In this document: positions 13,316-28,653 of the stretch, piece after piece
Numbering within the stretch: the first letter of the stretch is position 1
Layout: each line of letters begins with the position of its first letter
Assembly (NCBI GenBank): GCA_040954595.2
Contig: CM082589.2
Span: 7,694,132 to 7,758,131, forward strand
Direction of reading: 5' to 3'
DNA: 64,000 bases
Origin: Balanoglossus misakiensis
Taxonomy: Eukaryota > Animalia > Hemichordata
Notes under the pieces: generated by a model
Told to the model about the DNA's origin: nothing
The model's database searches: none
Seen by the model: only the letters and a program-made list of their open reading frames with translations
Position numbers and translations under genes: made by a program

Positions 13316-15679
13316 TGTACCGCCTATCGTTTTGCTAGCTACCCTTACTTTATATAGAACGAGTCATCCTTGGTTTGCTTTGTTGGCCCTGCATCATGTG
13401 TGGTGTATGCAAGAACTCGGTAAGAAATCCAGTTGGCTAGTATTAATAGTACAGTAAAACATTATCTTTTCAAATCTATACATCTGGCGAGCGACCTATC
13501 TCTTGATAATCAATCATTCTGACGATATCCGTTTCTATTTGTATCTCTGATTCCCTACCTACCTACCTATCTATGTCTGTCTGTCAGTCTGCCTGCCTAC
13601 CTACCTGTCGTCTGTCTCTGACTCAGGGAGAGTGATTGACAAAAGAGAGGGGAAGGGGGAGGGAAGGGGAGAAAGAGAGTGAGAGCTGTTCTTTGGATAT
13701 TGCGCCAACAGGAAGATGTACAGATTGACAAACACATATTGTACTACTATTATAGTAATACAGAATGAAAAGCATGGACAAAAGTATAGATATATAAAAG
13801 TATAAAATGTGAAGGGTTCAGAAACTAGTGTAAATCCTGATGAAGGTTAGCCCCTTAATAGTACAGGCTACTTCCTGTGCTCATCATTTATGTTGGCATG
13901 GGAATTAAGACCCTTTTAACTTTTCTATTTTTATACTTTAAGTTTGTTATCAGCTTTTCTATGATTTTCCAACAAAATACCCCTGTTATGGATTGCTGCA
14001 TTGCAACCATGGAGGAATGAAGCATACTGTTGCAAATGCTTTGAAGGTCATGAAAGTCCTGCTTCAATATTGGGATAAAATCATGAGACATTCTGAACTC
14101 ATCTGCAGACTGTTGATACTCGATTGTGCTGTTTTGGCCTTTGTTTCGCATGTAACTGTGTTGTGCCTGCATAGCCAGTTGAAACAAAAAAGGAATGAGT
14201 AGTTGCTGACAGTCCACCACGCTGCAACTGTAAAATAAAGAAAAAAACAAAAAAATTAACGTCAAGATGTACCAGTAATTTCTACAAAATACAGCTACCA
14301 AGTATGGTGCAATGTACATGACTACATGTACATGTTGTAATTTTAAGCCGAATTGTCCAACAATGATTTTCAGTAAGTTAATGATTTACTCTAAACCCAA
14401 TGTGAAATGTAGTACTTCTTACGTAGTCATGCTTACCAGGATAATTAAAAAGAGTGTTGATAAAAGTAACCATGAACATTATAAAAGTAAAACTTACAAA
14501 AGTTATGAATGTAAACAAACTCGGGACAATGAATGTAAATATCAAGCATTAAACATGTATCAGGTGACAAAAAAGTGACAAAGTGGCTCTCGTGTTTACA
14601 TTCATCGTCGCCATGTTGGTTTGAGTTCATAACTTCGTTTTCTGAAGATGTTTCGTTAAGAAAATGACACTGATATGCCACAAAAAGTGTTTCCTAAAGT
14701 TTCTTTTTACCACAATTCACCACATTGTAAACAAAAAATATATGATATAATTATGAAAGTGAGAAATTGAGACGGAAAAAGTTCTCTCTAAATTATTGTT
14801 TGGAAAAAGTAAATTTCTTCACTTAAAACAATTTGAAACAATAGACATAAACAAACTTCAACATTAGTTTAATATTCTTGATCTACATGAATACTAACAG
14901 AACACAAATTTTTAAGTAACTATAAGTACATTTAATTTTGTACTATCAAGAGTGAATTTATTATATTTTTCTAAATGATATAAATTACATTGTTTGTTCC
15001 ATACAATTTTTCAGTGGAATTAAATATTGCTGTTAAATTGTTCATCTCGTAATGTTAAACATGTTCTTTTATGTCAATATAAAAGGTTACTTTTGACACT
15101 TTTGACTTTATGCACTTGTATTCTTGATTGTACATATTGTCAATTCATGACCATGGCCTATTAAAAATTTATCATATTGAGATTATCATATTTCAATAGG
15201 AAATAGCCCGTTCAAAAATTCTAACTCCTTAATGATTTAATTAATGCATTTGCGTTTGGGAACTATGTATTTTTATTTCAATTTTATTATTATATCCCAA
15301 ACACCACCAAAACTCAGTTTATTGAACAACAAACTTTTAACAAAACAATATTCGAAAGATGTGAGCTGTTTGTTTAAGTATGGGCATGACACAGATGACA
15401 CAAAAACTCCAAACTACATGCGTGTATCATCGAAATCGAGTTTTATGCAGGTGTAAATACCGTGATTTATAGCATTGTGCTATATCCCAGTATGCACATG
15501 TTCTTAGTGCATCACATCAATGGGGTCTGTCATCACATCCACATGCATTTAATAAAATAGTGTTACACTAAATATGAGTACAAACCTGCTAACTCGACGC
15601 TTGCCAATACGGAACATGCATGGAAATCATATCGCAGTTAGGAAGAACGAAAACACCAAATGCAGACATTTCATTTAGC

Positions 15680-16054
15680 TAGTCTGGTCCCCTGCCCCAA
15701 TCCCACCGCTGGCTGCGCTACGCTAAAGGGAAAGGGGTCAGGTACGGCCCGATTTCAAACCCAGAAAGCTGGGAAAACCACGTGATCATAAACAAGATAG
15801 ATGCCTCCACTGTCCGTACGCCAGTCAAGATTCATCCAGGCAGTTTATTTTGTTTCGTTTGTTGTAAAGAAATCGAATGATAAACATTCGTGGAGGTGAA
15901 GGAGAGAACGGGAAACGAGTATCTTACAACAACTTATCAACTTAATTTTCGTATGTATTGACCAATGAGAGCCTTGTTTACAATAGGCCGTGTCTGACCC
16001 TTTCCCTTTAGCGTAGCGCAGCCAGCGGTGGGATTGGGGCAGGGGACCAGACTA
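15680..16054. mobile_element. MITE with ~62 bp TIRs (TAGTCTGG...) and 10-bp TSD TTCATTTAGC
   Basis: TIR tagtctggtcccctgccccaatcccaccgctggctgcgctacgctaaagggaaaggg and its reverse complement. TSD at 15670-15679 and 16055-16064. Confidence 0.93.
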
Positions 16055-16082
16055 TTCATTTAGCGTGCCTCTTGCCACACAC

Positions 16083-16538
16083 TAGTCTCGGTTACCCAGA
16101 CGCCTTTGCTCTTCCGATGCTCTCCAGAAAAGGGTCTGGGGAAATGCTATTGAAAGCTTTGTAAAACAAAATGGCCGATGTCAGGATTTTGATCATCGCC
16201 TGATTGGCTGAGCTGTCAGCATGACCCGGGTCACTGCAATAGTTTCGACAATCGTCTACCAAAGATATTTCATATAATTTCTCCAACAATGCTAACAGAG
16301 GACGCATTTTGCCTTTCGCATCAACCAACAAGTACCGGTCTCTTGATATGAAGATACGACAAATAATCACACATTGTCGAGAGTCAGTGACCCGGGTCAT
16401 ACTGACAGCTCAGCCAATCAGGCGATGATCAAAATCCTGACATCGGCCATTTTGTTTTACAAAGCTTTCAATAGCATTTCCCCAGACCCTTTTCTGGAGA
16501 GCATCGGAAGAGCAAAGGCGTCTGGGTAACCGAGACTA
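16083..16538. mobile_element. Foldback-like MITE with ~155 bp TIRs (TAGTCTCGG...) and 9-bp TSD GCCACACAC
   Basis: Near-perfect TIRs at 16083-~16237 and ~16385-16538. TSD at 16074-16082 and 16539-16547. Confidence 0.95.
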
Positions 16539-16588
16539 GCCACACACCTGAACGTGTGCTTAAATTAGCGCCCTCTTGTGGTAGATAT

Positions 16589-17290
16589 TTCGATGATAAA
16601 AAGATGTATTTTATAATTTCCGACATAAATTAACCATATTATGGGTGCCAAAAATATAATAAATAACAGTTAAAGAGTTTCATCACGTGTATACGTCTTT
16701 TGGCGTAGTTATTTTCACGCTACATACTAAAACTGCGAGGGTCGATCGTAAATGCTTAACTACTTTCAGTCTCTCGAACCCGAATCCGAAACTGAATCCG
16801 AAACTGAAACCGACACTAACTTCAGTATTCGGGTTCGAGAGACTGAAAGTAGTTTAGCATTTTCGGGCGACCATCGCGTTTTGGCATCTGCAGAACGAGT
16901 ATGAAAATAACTCTGTAAAAATATGAATATATTTGATTAAACTCTCTCGACATGTTATGTATGATATTTTTGGCACCAACACACTGTTTTTTCACATCGG
17001 AAATTGTTAAATACATATTTTATCATCGAAAAACATACTTCGATGATAAAAAATATAATATTTTGTAATTTTCGGCTTGAATTAACATTTTTGGGGTGAG
17101 AAAAATGTCATACATAACAAATACAGATTAAATCAAATTTATTCGTGTTTTAGCAAAGTAATTTTTATACTCGTACTGCAGATGCCAAACCGCGATGGTC
17201 GCTCGAAAATGCTTAACTATTTTCAGTCTCTCCGAACCGAATCCGAATCCGAAAGTGAATCCGAAACCGAAACCGAATCCGAGTCTTACT
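16589..17290. repeat. Three diverged copies (+, -, +) of a ~200 bp element ending in cagtctctcgaacc(gaatcc/gaaact)n
   Basis: Each copy starts ttcgatgataaaa (16589 +, ~17030 -, ~17039 +) and ends ...gcttaactactttcagtctctcgaacccgaat. The first two form an imperfect ~440 bp palindrome. Confidence 0.8.
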
Positions 17291-17384
17291 TCAGACCAAC
17301 ACTAAAGCATGATACAAGTTTGCTGCAGTTTTGCAGCCCCTCCGTCTCCCCTGGACTGCAAAACTGCAGCAAGATACAAGTTAC

Positions 17385-17472
<88 letters not shown>
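17385..17472. repeat. (ATG)n microsatellite
   Basis: Direct reading; it explains the poly-M/poly-H ORFs. Confidence 0.98.
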
Positions 17473-17473
<1 letters not shown>

Positions 17474-17754
17474 AAAAAAAAATAAAAAAAATCATGATGA
17501 TGATGATGATGATAAAAAAAAATAAAAAAATCAATGTGTCATATCTTGCTATATTTGTCGATGTTGTAGATAACTGTAAAACGTTTAAATTTCTTATTAT
17601 TATCATCATCAACAACAACAACATTTCCTAAGCTCTCTATGTTGATGGTAAAGAATACAGCTCTACACCCAGTTTGAAGCATATGTTAATCACAAATTTT
17701 AAAATCTAAAATGTACAAACAGTAACAGATAATGGATGCTAAGCTAATAAGTTC

Positions 17755-19806
17755 CCAAAGCCCCCGTTATCATTATTTAAACAAATATATTCGCATACGA
17801 CCCTATCAGAGTGTGACCCACATCGGTCTAGACGCTGCGGATCACAGTTCATTTGCATTTTAACGAATTGTTGGTTATATCCCATATTTCAAAGACCACG
17901 TGATCAAATCAATTCAACTTTGCTCTTTCACATCACGCGAGGACATTCAGTTCAGTTCATATCTAGGTCGAATATAATTTTACGATTTAGGCTGTCTCCG
18001 ATTAGAAAGTTTCACTACCTCCTTGGTGAATTGATGTGTTGTTCAACTTATTTAGGAACTGCAATGTTAACGAAGGTGCACAGATGAAACAGCAGTGCAA
18101 CTCGATCACAGTGCTAGTTCAACTCTTTCACCAACTTGGGTCATTCAAAAACCATTGTTTTTTATGGCAAAGTTGGACATCTAAAGAAGGGACTATGGGT
18201 GAAAGGGTAACAGACAAGACAGAAAGACAGACAGACAGGCAGGCAGGCAGACAGACGGGCAGGCAGACAGACAGACAGACCTACAGGCAGGCAGACAGAC
18301 AGACAGACGGGCAGGCAAGGAGGCCGAAAAAAGTTACACATAGCGCGCTAACATTGATAAATATTTTAACATGTCCAATGCCCCTATTTACCGTCTGTAT
18401 GTTTTTTTTCAACAAATACACCATTTTCTTTTTCTATAAAAATTGTCAAATTTATCATTTTGTTTGTGTGAATTCTATGTACCAGTAACAGGTTGCATTA
18501 TAAATAAACCTGGTATTTGCCAACAAAGATATCAATTACAGAGTAAATTGAATTCAAAACACAATTGGAAATATTTTGGGATAATTAATATTTCATTGTA
18601 ATAAACTCAGCGCAGTACACACTCGACATATGTATCATATTGTTTTGGTTTGGTTTGGTTTGGTCATCAATGATAGAATACCACATTCTCCCCAAGTACA
18701 ACGAATACTACTAGTTTTGCACGCATTTTATCGGTATGCAATTATCCTAAAATAGTTTCAATCGTGTTGTCTTACACCCGTGTACGTTATTTCTCATAAC
18801 AATTAGGTGAAATATGTGAATGTACAATTTAAATTAAGAATATCCCGACTCTTTTTTTGATGTCGCGAGTGAATAGAGAAAATTAGCTTTGTTTGGTGTC
18901 ACTGTACATGGCTTCACATGTACTGCTCATCTGCTGGACTAGTTACTCGAGCTCAGACCAAAATACCGCGCGATCAGGTCACATGTTAACAGTCTAGGCC
19001 GGCTAACAAACAATTTAGCATTTGACTGTTGCCAACTCATTGGTCGTTGGCCACAGCAGGGTAACACACAAGACCAAAACAGACAGACAGATAAACAGGC
19101 AGGCAGACAGATAGAAAAAAGTTACAGATAACGGGTTAAGTTTTATAAACCTTTCAACATGTCCAGGCCCCATTCACCATTTACTTTTATCCACAAGCTG
19201 TTTTTCAACAAAAAACACAATTTGCTATTTTCTTTAACAATTGTCAAATTTCTAACTTATTTTTCAATCATTGTAAGAACCAGTAACATGTTGCCTTATA
19301 AATAAAATGTACAAAAAGCAACAGATAGTGGGTGCCAAAGCCCCCGTTGTCATAATTTTCAACAAATATATTTGCATACGACCCTATCAGAGTATGGCCC
19401 ACATCGGTCTAGACGCTACGGATCACAGTTCACTTGCACTTTAACGAATTTTTGGTTTATAGCTCATTTTTCAACGACCACGTGATCAAATCAATTCAAC
19501 TTTGCACTTTCACATCACGCGAGGACATTCAGTTCAGTTCATATCTAGGTCGAATATAATTTTACGATTTAGGATGTCTCCGATTAGAAAGTTTCACTAC
19601 CTCCTTGGTGAATTGATGTGTTGTTCAACTTATTTAGGAACTGCAATGTTAACGAAGGTGCACAGATGAAACAGCAGTGCAACTCGATCACAGTGCTAGT
19701 TCAACTCTTTCACCAACTTGGGTCATTCAAAAACCATTGTTTTTTATGGCAAAGTTGGACCTCTAAAGAAGGGACTAGGGGTGAAAGGGTAACAGACAAG
19801 ACAGAA

Positions 19807-19843
<37 letters not shown>

Positions 19844-20693
19844 GGCAGGCAGGCAGACTGACAGACGGGCAGGCAAGGAGACAGAAAAAAGTTACACATA
19901 GCGCGCTAACATTGATAAATATTTCAACGTGTCCAATGCCCCTATTTACCGTCTGTGTGTCTTTTTCAACAAATACACCATTTTCTTTTTTCTATAGAAA
20001 TTGTCGAATTTATCTCTTTTTTTGTGTGTGTGAATTCTATGTACCAGTAACATGTTGCATTATAAATAAACCTGGTATTTGCCAACGTAGAATCCTATTA
20101 CAGAGTAAATTGAATTCAAAACACAATTGGAAATATTTTGGGATAATTAATATTTCATTGTAATAAACTCAGCGCAGTACATGTAGCATACACACTCGAC
20201 ATATTGTATCATGTTGTTTTGGTTTGTTTTTTTTTGTTTGTTTTTTTTTGTTTGGTTTTGTTTGGTTTGTTTATCAATGATAGAATACCACATTCTCCCC
20301 AACTACAACGAATACTAATATTTTGTACGCATTTTATCGGTATGCAACTATCCCAAAATAGTTTCAATCGTGTTGTCTTACACCCGAGTAATTATTTCTC
20401 ATAACAATTAGGTGAAATATGTGAATGTACAATTTAAATTAAGAATATCCCTACTCTTTTTCTGTTGTCGCGAGTGAATAGAGAAAATTAGCTTTGTTTG
20501 GTGTCACTGTACATGGCTTCACATGTACTGCTCATCTGCTGGACTAGTTACTCGAGCTCAGACCAAAATACCGCGCGACCAGGTCACATGTTAACAGTCT
20601 AGGCCGGCTAACAAACAATTTAGCATTTGACTGTTGCCAACTCATTTCTGACCTCGGTCGTTGGCCACAGCAGGGTAACAGACAAGACCAAAA

Positions 20694-20744
<51 letters not shown>

Positions 20745-20930
20745 GGTAGAAAAAAAAGTAACTGATAGCGGGCTAACATTTATAAACCTTTCAACATGTC
20801 CAGGCCCCATTCAGCATTTAATTTTATCCACTGCAAGTTGTTTTAAATTTCAAAAACACAACATGCTATTTTCATTAACAATTGTTGTATGTACCAGTAT
20901 CATGTTAACTTATAAATAAACCTGGATTTT
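17755..20930. repeat. Tandem duplication of a ~1.58 kb unit (~17755-19305 and ~19335-20930)
   Basis: ORFs at 18036 and 19618 are near-identical and offset by 1582 bp; shared flanks such as gcatacgaccctatcagag. Confidence 0.9.
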
Positions 20931-23196
20931 GCCGACAAACTGAACAAACCACGTGTAGTTTGTCTCTGATAACAAATTAAGTGAAATTTATGAATGTCAA
21001 ATTAAATAAACGTGAATATCCCGACTCTTTTTCTGATGTCGCGAGATAATAAAGTAGAGAAAATTGCAAGTATGTTTGGTGGCACTGTATGCCCTATACA
21101 TGGCTTGTGAAGTGAAAAAAAGTAGAGCCCTTGTACAGCTCGTCCATTGGACTAGTTACTAATTTTCTTTAAAATTATAGCTTTTTGTCCTGTAACAAAA
21201 GAGATTTTACTTGTTTATACACATTTTAGCCTATTCGTACAATTCTAATTGCAGGGATAAAAAGTCAACACCAGCCAACCAACTAGACAAACAAACAAAA
21301 CAAATAAAGAAACAAACAAACAAACAGATAGACAGTAATACAGACAGAAATACAGGCAAGTCAACAAAGAAACAAACCAACACAATCAACAAACAAACAA
21401 ACAAACAAAATAAAAACCAAACGCTGCAGTGAAGTATGAGATACAGTCCATTACAATTCTCGTCACACACGTCTACAATGTATATACATGGTACTAGATC
21501 GACAGAATGATCAAGAGATAGATCGATTGATAGATCGAACGATACATAGATACATACATAGATACATAAATTACCGTCTATAAGCCATATAACTATGACT
21601 TTCAGTTCCCATATGCTTTGCCACTGTCACCAGTTTTTACATTTCAATTCTGAGTACCAGTAATATTAATTGAGGATCATAAATAATGTTACTGATATTC
21701 TCCACAAAAGAAAACCAATTACACATCGAGTACACGGAGAGGTGGGGTGATGTAGTGACCTCCTATGACTAATTGGCTGGATGATTGACGAAGCCGTGGC
21801 CACGCTACCAATTTTCAATATCCAAGAGTATTATTATGGATATTGTAGCCTAAACATTTCGAGTGGAACGCTAGTTTTTTAGGGATATGTCCTATACACA
21901 CCTAATACCAATATGAAGCATAAAATCCAATATGTGGGTTTTCAGTGAATCTATATAGACATTTCCACATAAGAATCAAACAGCGCCCTTGTGGCCTGAG
22001 TGTATATTTTTAAGAAAAATCATGTAAGCACTCGATCGCTCTCGACAAAGGGGGTTATTTTCAGTAACCAATGAACATAACCACTTGGTTGAGATCTTTT
22101 GGGATAACGTCGGGGTGGTAGGAACGGGTAAGTGCAGTGCTGAAAAAAAATGAAAATAGCAATACCTTTACAGTACTACATGTACTATGAATAAAGCATA
22201 TGTTCCTTCCTCCTCATAACTATACCTTGCAGTATCATGATAAAATGCTGTCCAACCAGTTTCTTTTGAGTATTGATATATTTGGAAAGGAGCACGACAG
22301 TGATCATAGTTTTCTTCCAATAAACGTATAAGAAAGTCCTAAGGTACTCTTTAACACGTGTTTAAGCAAAAGTACAACGTCCACAGCGTCGGATATAAGG
22401 CATGGGTCAATAGCATGTAAGTTGATAGGAAAGGGATAAAAAAGGTAAATCTTTCATTATGCGGGTACTGGTGCCTGGATAGTTGATGTTTGGCTCGTAC
22501 GAGACGAGACTTTGAAATGGGTTGAAAACTCAATTAAGCTGTTTGTAATTTAATATGCATGGAATTACAAGTGAGATGCATTGTTCAATGGAACAGAAAT
22601 AAAACTTCAAATGCTTATAAGGGCACTGTTCTGCGTGCAGTTTGTGTGGTAACTTGGTACAAAGTCACTCGTTCGACTTTCACCATCTGCTTGACAAACA
22701 GCGGCGAAAACGAAGGTATGTTTCTTAAAACTTTCACTATTCGGTAGAGCTAGTCTCACGCGTGTGTGGAACTAGTGTTTGTACACTAATGCCACGCTTC
22801 TTAAACCAGTCAGTACAATTTTGTACGTCGACAAATATTTTTTTTTCAACTTTCACTATCTACTTTATACACAGCATTCGGCAAGTTTATTTTCACACGC
22901 GTATGTATGCACATTCATTATAATAATGAAATGTCCCAAACACATATGGTTGAAAAATGCCACTTTTTTGAGAGAAAAAAATAAAAAATTCGGACAACTT
23001 GATACCTGTATGAAGTCTCCTGTTCGACTTTTTTCCAACTGATTGATAATAGACACATAAATCCATACAACGGAACAGAAATTATTTTCTATTTTGAACG
23101 AGTTGAATTGTCCTTACATTTTCCTTACATTAATTAAACCATTCCAATTTATTTCATCGCAAAGACTGCGTTATCCATAACATTTCATCTCACACC

Positions 23197-24219
23197 ATGG
23201 CATTTCAGACAATCATGATCACATCGCGATCCACGGCGATATGGTTCTGCGTGTTTGCACTGCTTGCGGTGCAGATCACAGCAGCCAGCGCAAATAAGAG
23301 GAAGATTGAGGAAGAGCGAAGAATCCGTGCGCTGCGTCCGAGCTTCGTCAAACGTGAAACTCAAGCGCCACTGATTCATGCTGGAGACGAGAAGATAGAA
23401 GAGGAATACATTGTAAAACTGAGGGTTAGTAGATGTTGTGGTGAACACATATTTATTGATTACAGAAAGTATGTTAGAGCCATGTGCTTTCCAGATTAAC
23501 AGTTCCGTACGCAGCTAAACGGCACGTTGTCTATGCCTATAGAACCGCCCACATCGACAAGTATGGATGGACCGTTAATAAACCCATGCTACATAGACTG
23601 ATCGCGTGTATTTAGAAAAGTTAAACAAAATGAAAACACGTCACAGTCTCGTTAAAACTGTCATACTAGATTCAATGTTATATTATTGGGTTTCTATAAA
23701 CATTCCATATGTTTAGTTGGGCGCGGAATACTAAGCAGAGTAGAAGTTGCTGTTTGTTTCATTTGTTTGGCGTTTTCCAGAATCTGGAATTTCTCGCAAA
23801 TTATATACACGCTCAGACTATCGAAAATTATTTCCAACATGTTAAATGATGATGTTTTTCAGCCGTGTATCCAAAACGAGGGACACAGTACACGTGGCAA
23901 CCAGTACTAAGGATACAAACATTCATAACTTAACATTATCAGTTTTTTAAACAAGCTGTAACATAGATAATTACATGTTTTGCATCCACTTCTCACAAAC
24001 AATATACACTGTCATCTCATTTTATTCAGGACGACCTTACTGATGAAGAACTGGCCGCATTCGAAGCCAAATTCCAAGCACTTGCTGAAGAGCATGGCTT
24101 ACATATTGATTTTCAAATAGATTTGACAAGCCTGATGAAAGGTTTTGTTGCCAGAGTTCCTGCGGACGCAGTCGAAATAGTATGTGCGCATTTCATTGTT
24201 TCCAAAGCCTCTGGCCATA

Positions 24220-24294
<75 letters not shown>

Positions 24295-27200
24295 ATGTCT
24301 GTCTGTCTGTGTATGTATGTGTATGTATGTGTGTGTATGTATGTATGTATGTATGTATGTATGTATGTATGTATGTATGTATGTATGTATGTATGTATGT
24401 ATGTATGTATGTATGTATGTATGTATGTATGTATGTATGTATGTATGTATGTATGTATGTATGTATGTATGTATGTATGTATGTATGTATGTATGTATGT
24501 ATGTATGTATGTATGTATGTATGTATGTATGTATGTATGTATGTATGTATGTATGTATGATGTATGGATGGATGGATGGATGGATGGATGAATGGATGGA
24601 TGGGTGGTTGGGTGGATGGATCCATGCATTTTCTTTTCTTTTAGAAATACATTTGGTCCCTACGTTTTTCCATTTAGCTCCGTTGGCTGGATGAAGTAGA
24701 GTTTGTTGAAGAAGACGAAGTTATCCATGGAAATGTAGAGTGGGGTTTGGACAGGATTGATCAGGCTGACTTGCCTTTGGATGATGTTTACTCATCAGCA
24801 CCACTAGGTAAATCTGCACCTTTCTTGATATTAACCTTAAACTCATTTTTGAAATATTTGACGTCGGAATTGTTTTTTTCCAATATAAGGATGGAGCTTC
24901 CTCATGTAATACACCTCAATGTTAAGTGCCCAGCGATCGTTAACAATACGTACAACTCTTTTTTAAATCACTTATCACTTGAGTTTGACTTCGCCAGCTT
25001 CATTTGTTAAGTCGACATTGAGTGTACATGTATGTCTAACAAAATGGTTAATTTGACTACCGTTTATTCAATTAGCTGAAATTATTTTTTTTTAAATCAT
25101 GATCGCAATAACTTAAGTATTATTTATTTATTTTTTATTTAAAGGGGACGGTAGTGGCGTGAATGTCTTTGTATTGGATACTGGCATACGTTTCTCACAT
25201 AACGAGTTTGGTGGTAGAGCATTTTCATTTTACGACGCCTTTTCAGATGGACAAAATGTGAGTTGCAGTATATATAAGACGCCATTGTTTGAGAAGAATA
25301 GAATCAAAGGACAATGTTTCCAAGGTTCTTCTGTCGTACTACGGATAGTGTGTTTGTTGTGAGAAAAACATTTCTATGACAAATTCACGTCTGAAATTGT
25401 TGCATGCACTGTGTTGTATATTTTGCCGAAAAAAGGGGTGAGTGTTACAATGAACACGACAGAAACCAATTTTATTTCGCCTGTTTCAAAACAATATCAC
25501 CTTTGATCCTTGTTGCGTTTGTGAGACAATCAAAGAGCGATCGGGATATATACAATGACAATACTTCTGGATATATTGCGTGTTTTTCAGGGGAACGACT
25601 GTGACGGACATGGTACTCACTGTGCTGGTACTATTGGTGGAAGCACTGTTGGTGTTGCACCTGGTGTTACATTGTATTCGGGTCGTGTTTTGGATTGCAG
25701 CGGTAGTGGGTCAAACAGCGGTGTTATTGGAGGTAAGACTGAATCATCGTAATTAGTGTTCAATTATTACACCAAAATAATTGATAAAAATAAACATCGC
25801 TGTTTTAATTCAAGGTGAACGAAATATTTATCGCGAAATCCGTACAAAATTGTCCCAAACTATAAAAAAAATCTCCTTCATAGACGCGCACAGTAACAAG
25901 CTTCTTGTGATTTTTCTTTACAGGTATGGATGCAGTCGCTGCTTCCAATATGAAACCAGCAGTGGTCTCCATGTCGCTGGGCGGTGGATATTCCTCGTCC
26001 CTGAATTTAGCAGCCAAACGGTTAACCGATGCTGGGTACATCTTGGTTGTTGCTGCTGGAAACGACGATACAGACGCGTGTAATACGTCACCTGCTTCGG
26101 CTCCTGAGGTATTATATTTGAAGTATATGGCAAAGACAATTAGAATATATTGAGGCATGAATCCAAGCAGAAATCTGACATGCGATCAACAAGAATATGC
26201 GTGCCATCTGAGAAATGAATAAAATGCAGTGTTAACGCCCCTGTGTGTAGCTGCATCTGTTTGTATTTAGCTCAGCAAAGTCTTCACCAAATGTTATGAG
26301 TTCTGATTTTGATTTCAGCGTGAAGTATCCATATAGCGACGGTTAAAGTACCTTCCGCTCCTGGCCATTGTACATGTATTCGTTTCTGAAAATATCCTGC
26401 CCGCGTCCATTGTCCATATTCAAATTCCACTGTGTGTCATACATGACCAGACTAAACCACAACTACATGTAACTGATATACTTCGGCAACTGTTTCTGTA
26501 TGTTACAGGCAATTACGGTGGGAGCTACTGAATCTGACGACGATTTAGCTTGGTATTCTAACTACGGCAGCTGTGTTAATATTCTGGCACCAGGAAGTGA
26601 CGTCAGAAGTGCTTCCCACAGTGGAGACGCCAGCTACACGAGTAAGAGTGGAACTTCGATGGCAACTCCTCACGTTGCTGGTAAGAGTGTCTTGATATAT
26701 TCTGAGGTCTTCATGTATTCTGAGGGCACGCTCTAAGAAAATATATGTAACGTTTAATCAAGGAGAGTAAATCATAGTTAACACAATGATGAACGGATCA
26801 AATACACATTAAAATGCGATTTAATTTAATCAAATCCGGTAATCTCAGAATTGGAAATGGACAAACAGGGGACATTATACCAGTAGTTTGCGGTTACATG
26901 AATCAGTTGTAATAATGATATTTTAAAAATACTCAGTACTTCAATGATCTCTATATATAAGAGACGGTGATTAACTTAGGCCAAGTAAAAAAAATATGTG
27001 CTGTTCCGATTACATGGTTTTCAAAAATAGGGTAGGAAGGTAGGGAAGTTTTTTTATTTTGTAATTTTTTTATTTCTCCGGCCGCCGTGGTGTTACAGTA
27101 GAAGACTGACGTCATAGTTCTTGCGTGATTCTCGCAATTTTCATAAATTTTGTATATTTGACATTGTTCGTTTCTACTTCCGGTTAAGGAAGCTCTAAAA

Positions 27201-28583
27201 TGTTTAGGGTCGGCGGGTTAACATTAGGGTAGGTCGGGTAATCGGAAAAGCACATATTTTTTTAATTTGGCCTTATAATCTTCAGCCAATCCCAATTAAT
27301 GTCGACAGAATTGAAGGAATCATGTCTTCTGGCGTTCCTGTAATATTCTCTCTGTTTCCTCTCAAGGTGTTGCTGCCCTGCTGCTTGAACAGGACTCGTC
27401 TCTCACACAAACGGCGATGTTAAACAAATTGTTGGAAGCCGCCCAAACAGGAAAAATTGACCTGTCCCGCCTGTCTGATAGTTCATCGACACCGAATAAA
27501 CTTCTCAATATTCCGAGTGAGTTGACACACCATTTGTTCCATCGTAAATCAGTCACCACCAGGAAGTATGCATCATTCCTGCTCCCAAAAACCACCACCA
27601 CCACAACAACAACAAAACAAACGAACAAACGAACAAACAAACAAACGAACAAACAAACAAACAAACAAACAAGAAATTCCTTCCCACACTTCTCGCTGTC
27701 CACCAAAAATTAGACCCCAGCTCTACTGGTCAGTGTATAACCAGACGTTCGCATAATTAATGAGGCCAAGCGAAACGCGAAATTTTATATTCGTTTGTCC
27801 ATTTGACATGACTAAGACTTAATAGTGTATGTGAACACATATAATGTTTGGGGTACAAGTCTTACAAGAATCTGGCACAATGTTGAAATTGAATATGTAG
27901 ACATAACAGATGCTAGTGACGGAAAGTGAACAAAATTAAATACATCACCATGCTTTTACACCATTCATTTTTTCTTTGTGCCAAATTTCGTACAGCCGCA
28001 ACAGTGTTCCACGTTGTAGGCGCTGGTGGACGATACACCTTGGACTTCTTCGAGGCTGTGAGTGCGTGCAGTTCTGTCAATGCACGCATGGCAAGCTACG
28101 GTGAACTGGTAGCAGCCTGGGAACAAGGTCTGGAAGAGTGTCGGGGTGGCTGGTTGGTTGGTCGACGTGTGGCATACCCCATGCAAAGAGTGGACAGTAA
28201 CTGCGGAAGCAGAATCGGAGTCATTGATTGGGGATTCAGACCCACAAGCGAACAGTATGATGTGTACTGTTATCCAGAAGGTGGGAAATGCCGCACGCTT
28301 GCATTTCACATACAGTGTTTTGTTATGGACTGAGTGTCGCTTGACGTGTATGTAAAAGAGCGTTAGCTGAACCAGTTAACTCTTCATGACATTCACTGCA
28401 TTAATATGCCCGATAACTGGAGATTTCAGTGTTTCACAAAAGAAGTGTTAACGACGTAAATGGCCTATTTTCTTGTCTCAGATGGTCAACAATAGGCAAC
28501 AGCTTTGAATGGACAAATGCATTTTGATCTTTTGTGAATTTTATTTGAAACAATGTCATGAAGTTTCTATTTTAGCAACACAT

Positions 28584-28653
<70 letters not shown>

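Noticed and set aside
13837-13880. CTGATGA followed by a short stem (also at 31381)
   Set aside because: No downstream GAAA box or cleavage triplet, so not a hammerhead.
13888-14319. Minus-strand ORF region with an RGGL-like word suggestive of a P-element-type transposase relic
   Set aside because: Too degenerate to call without a search.
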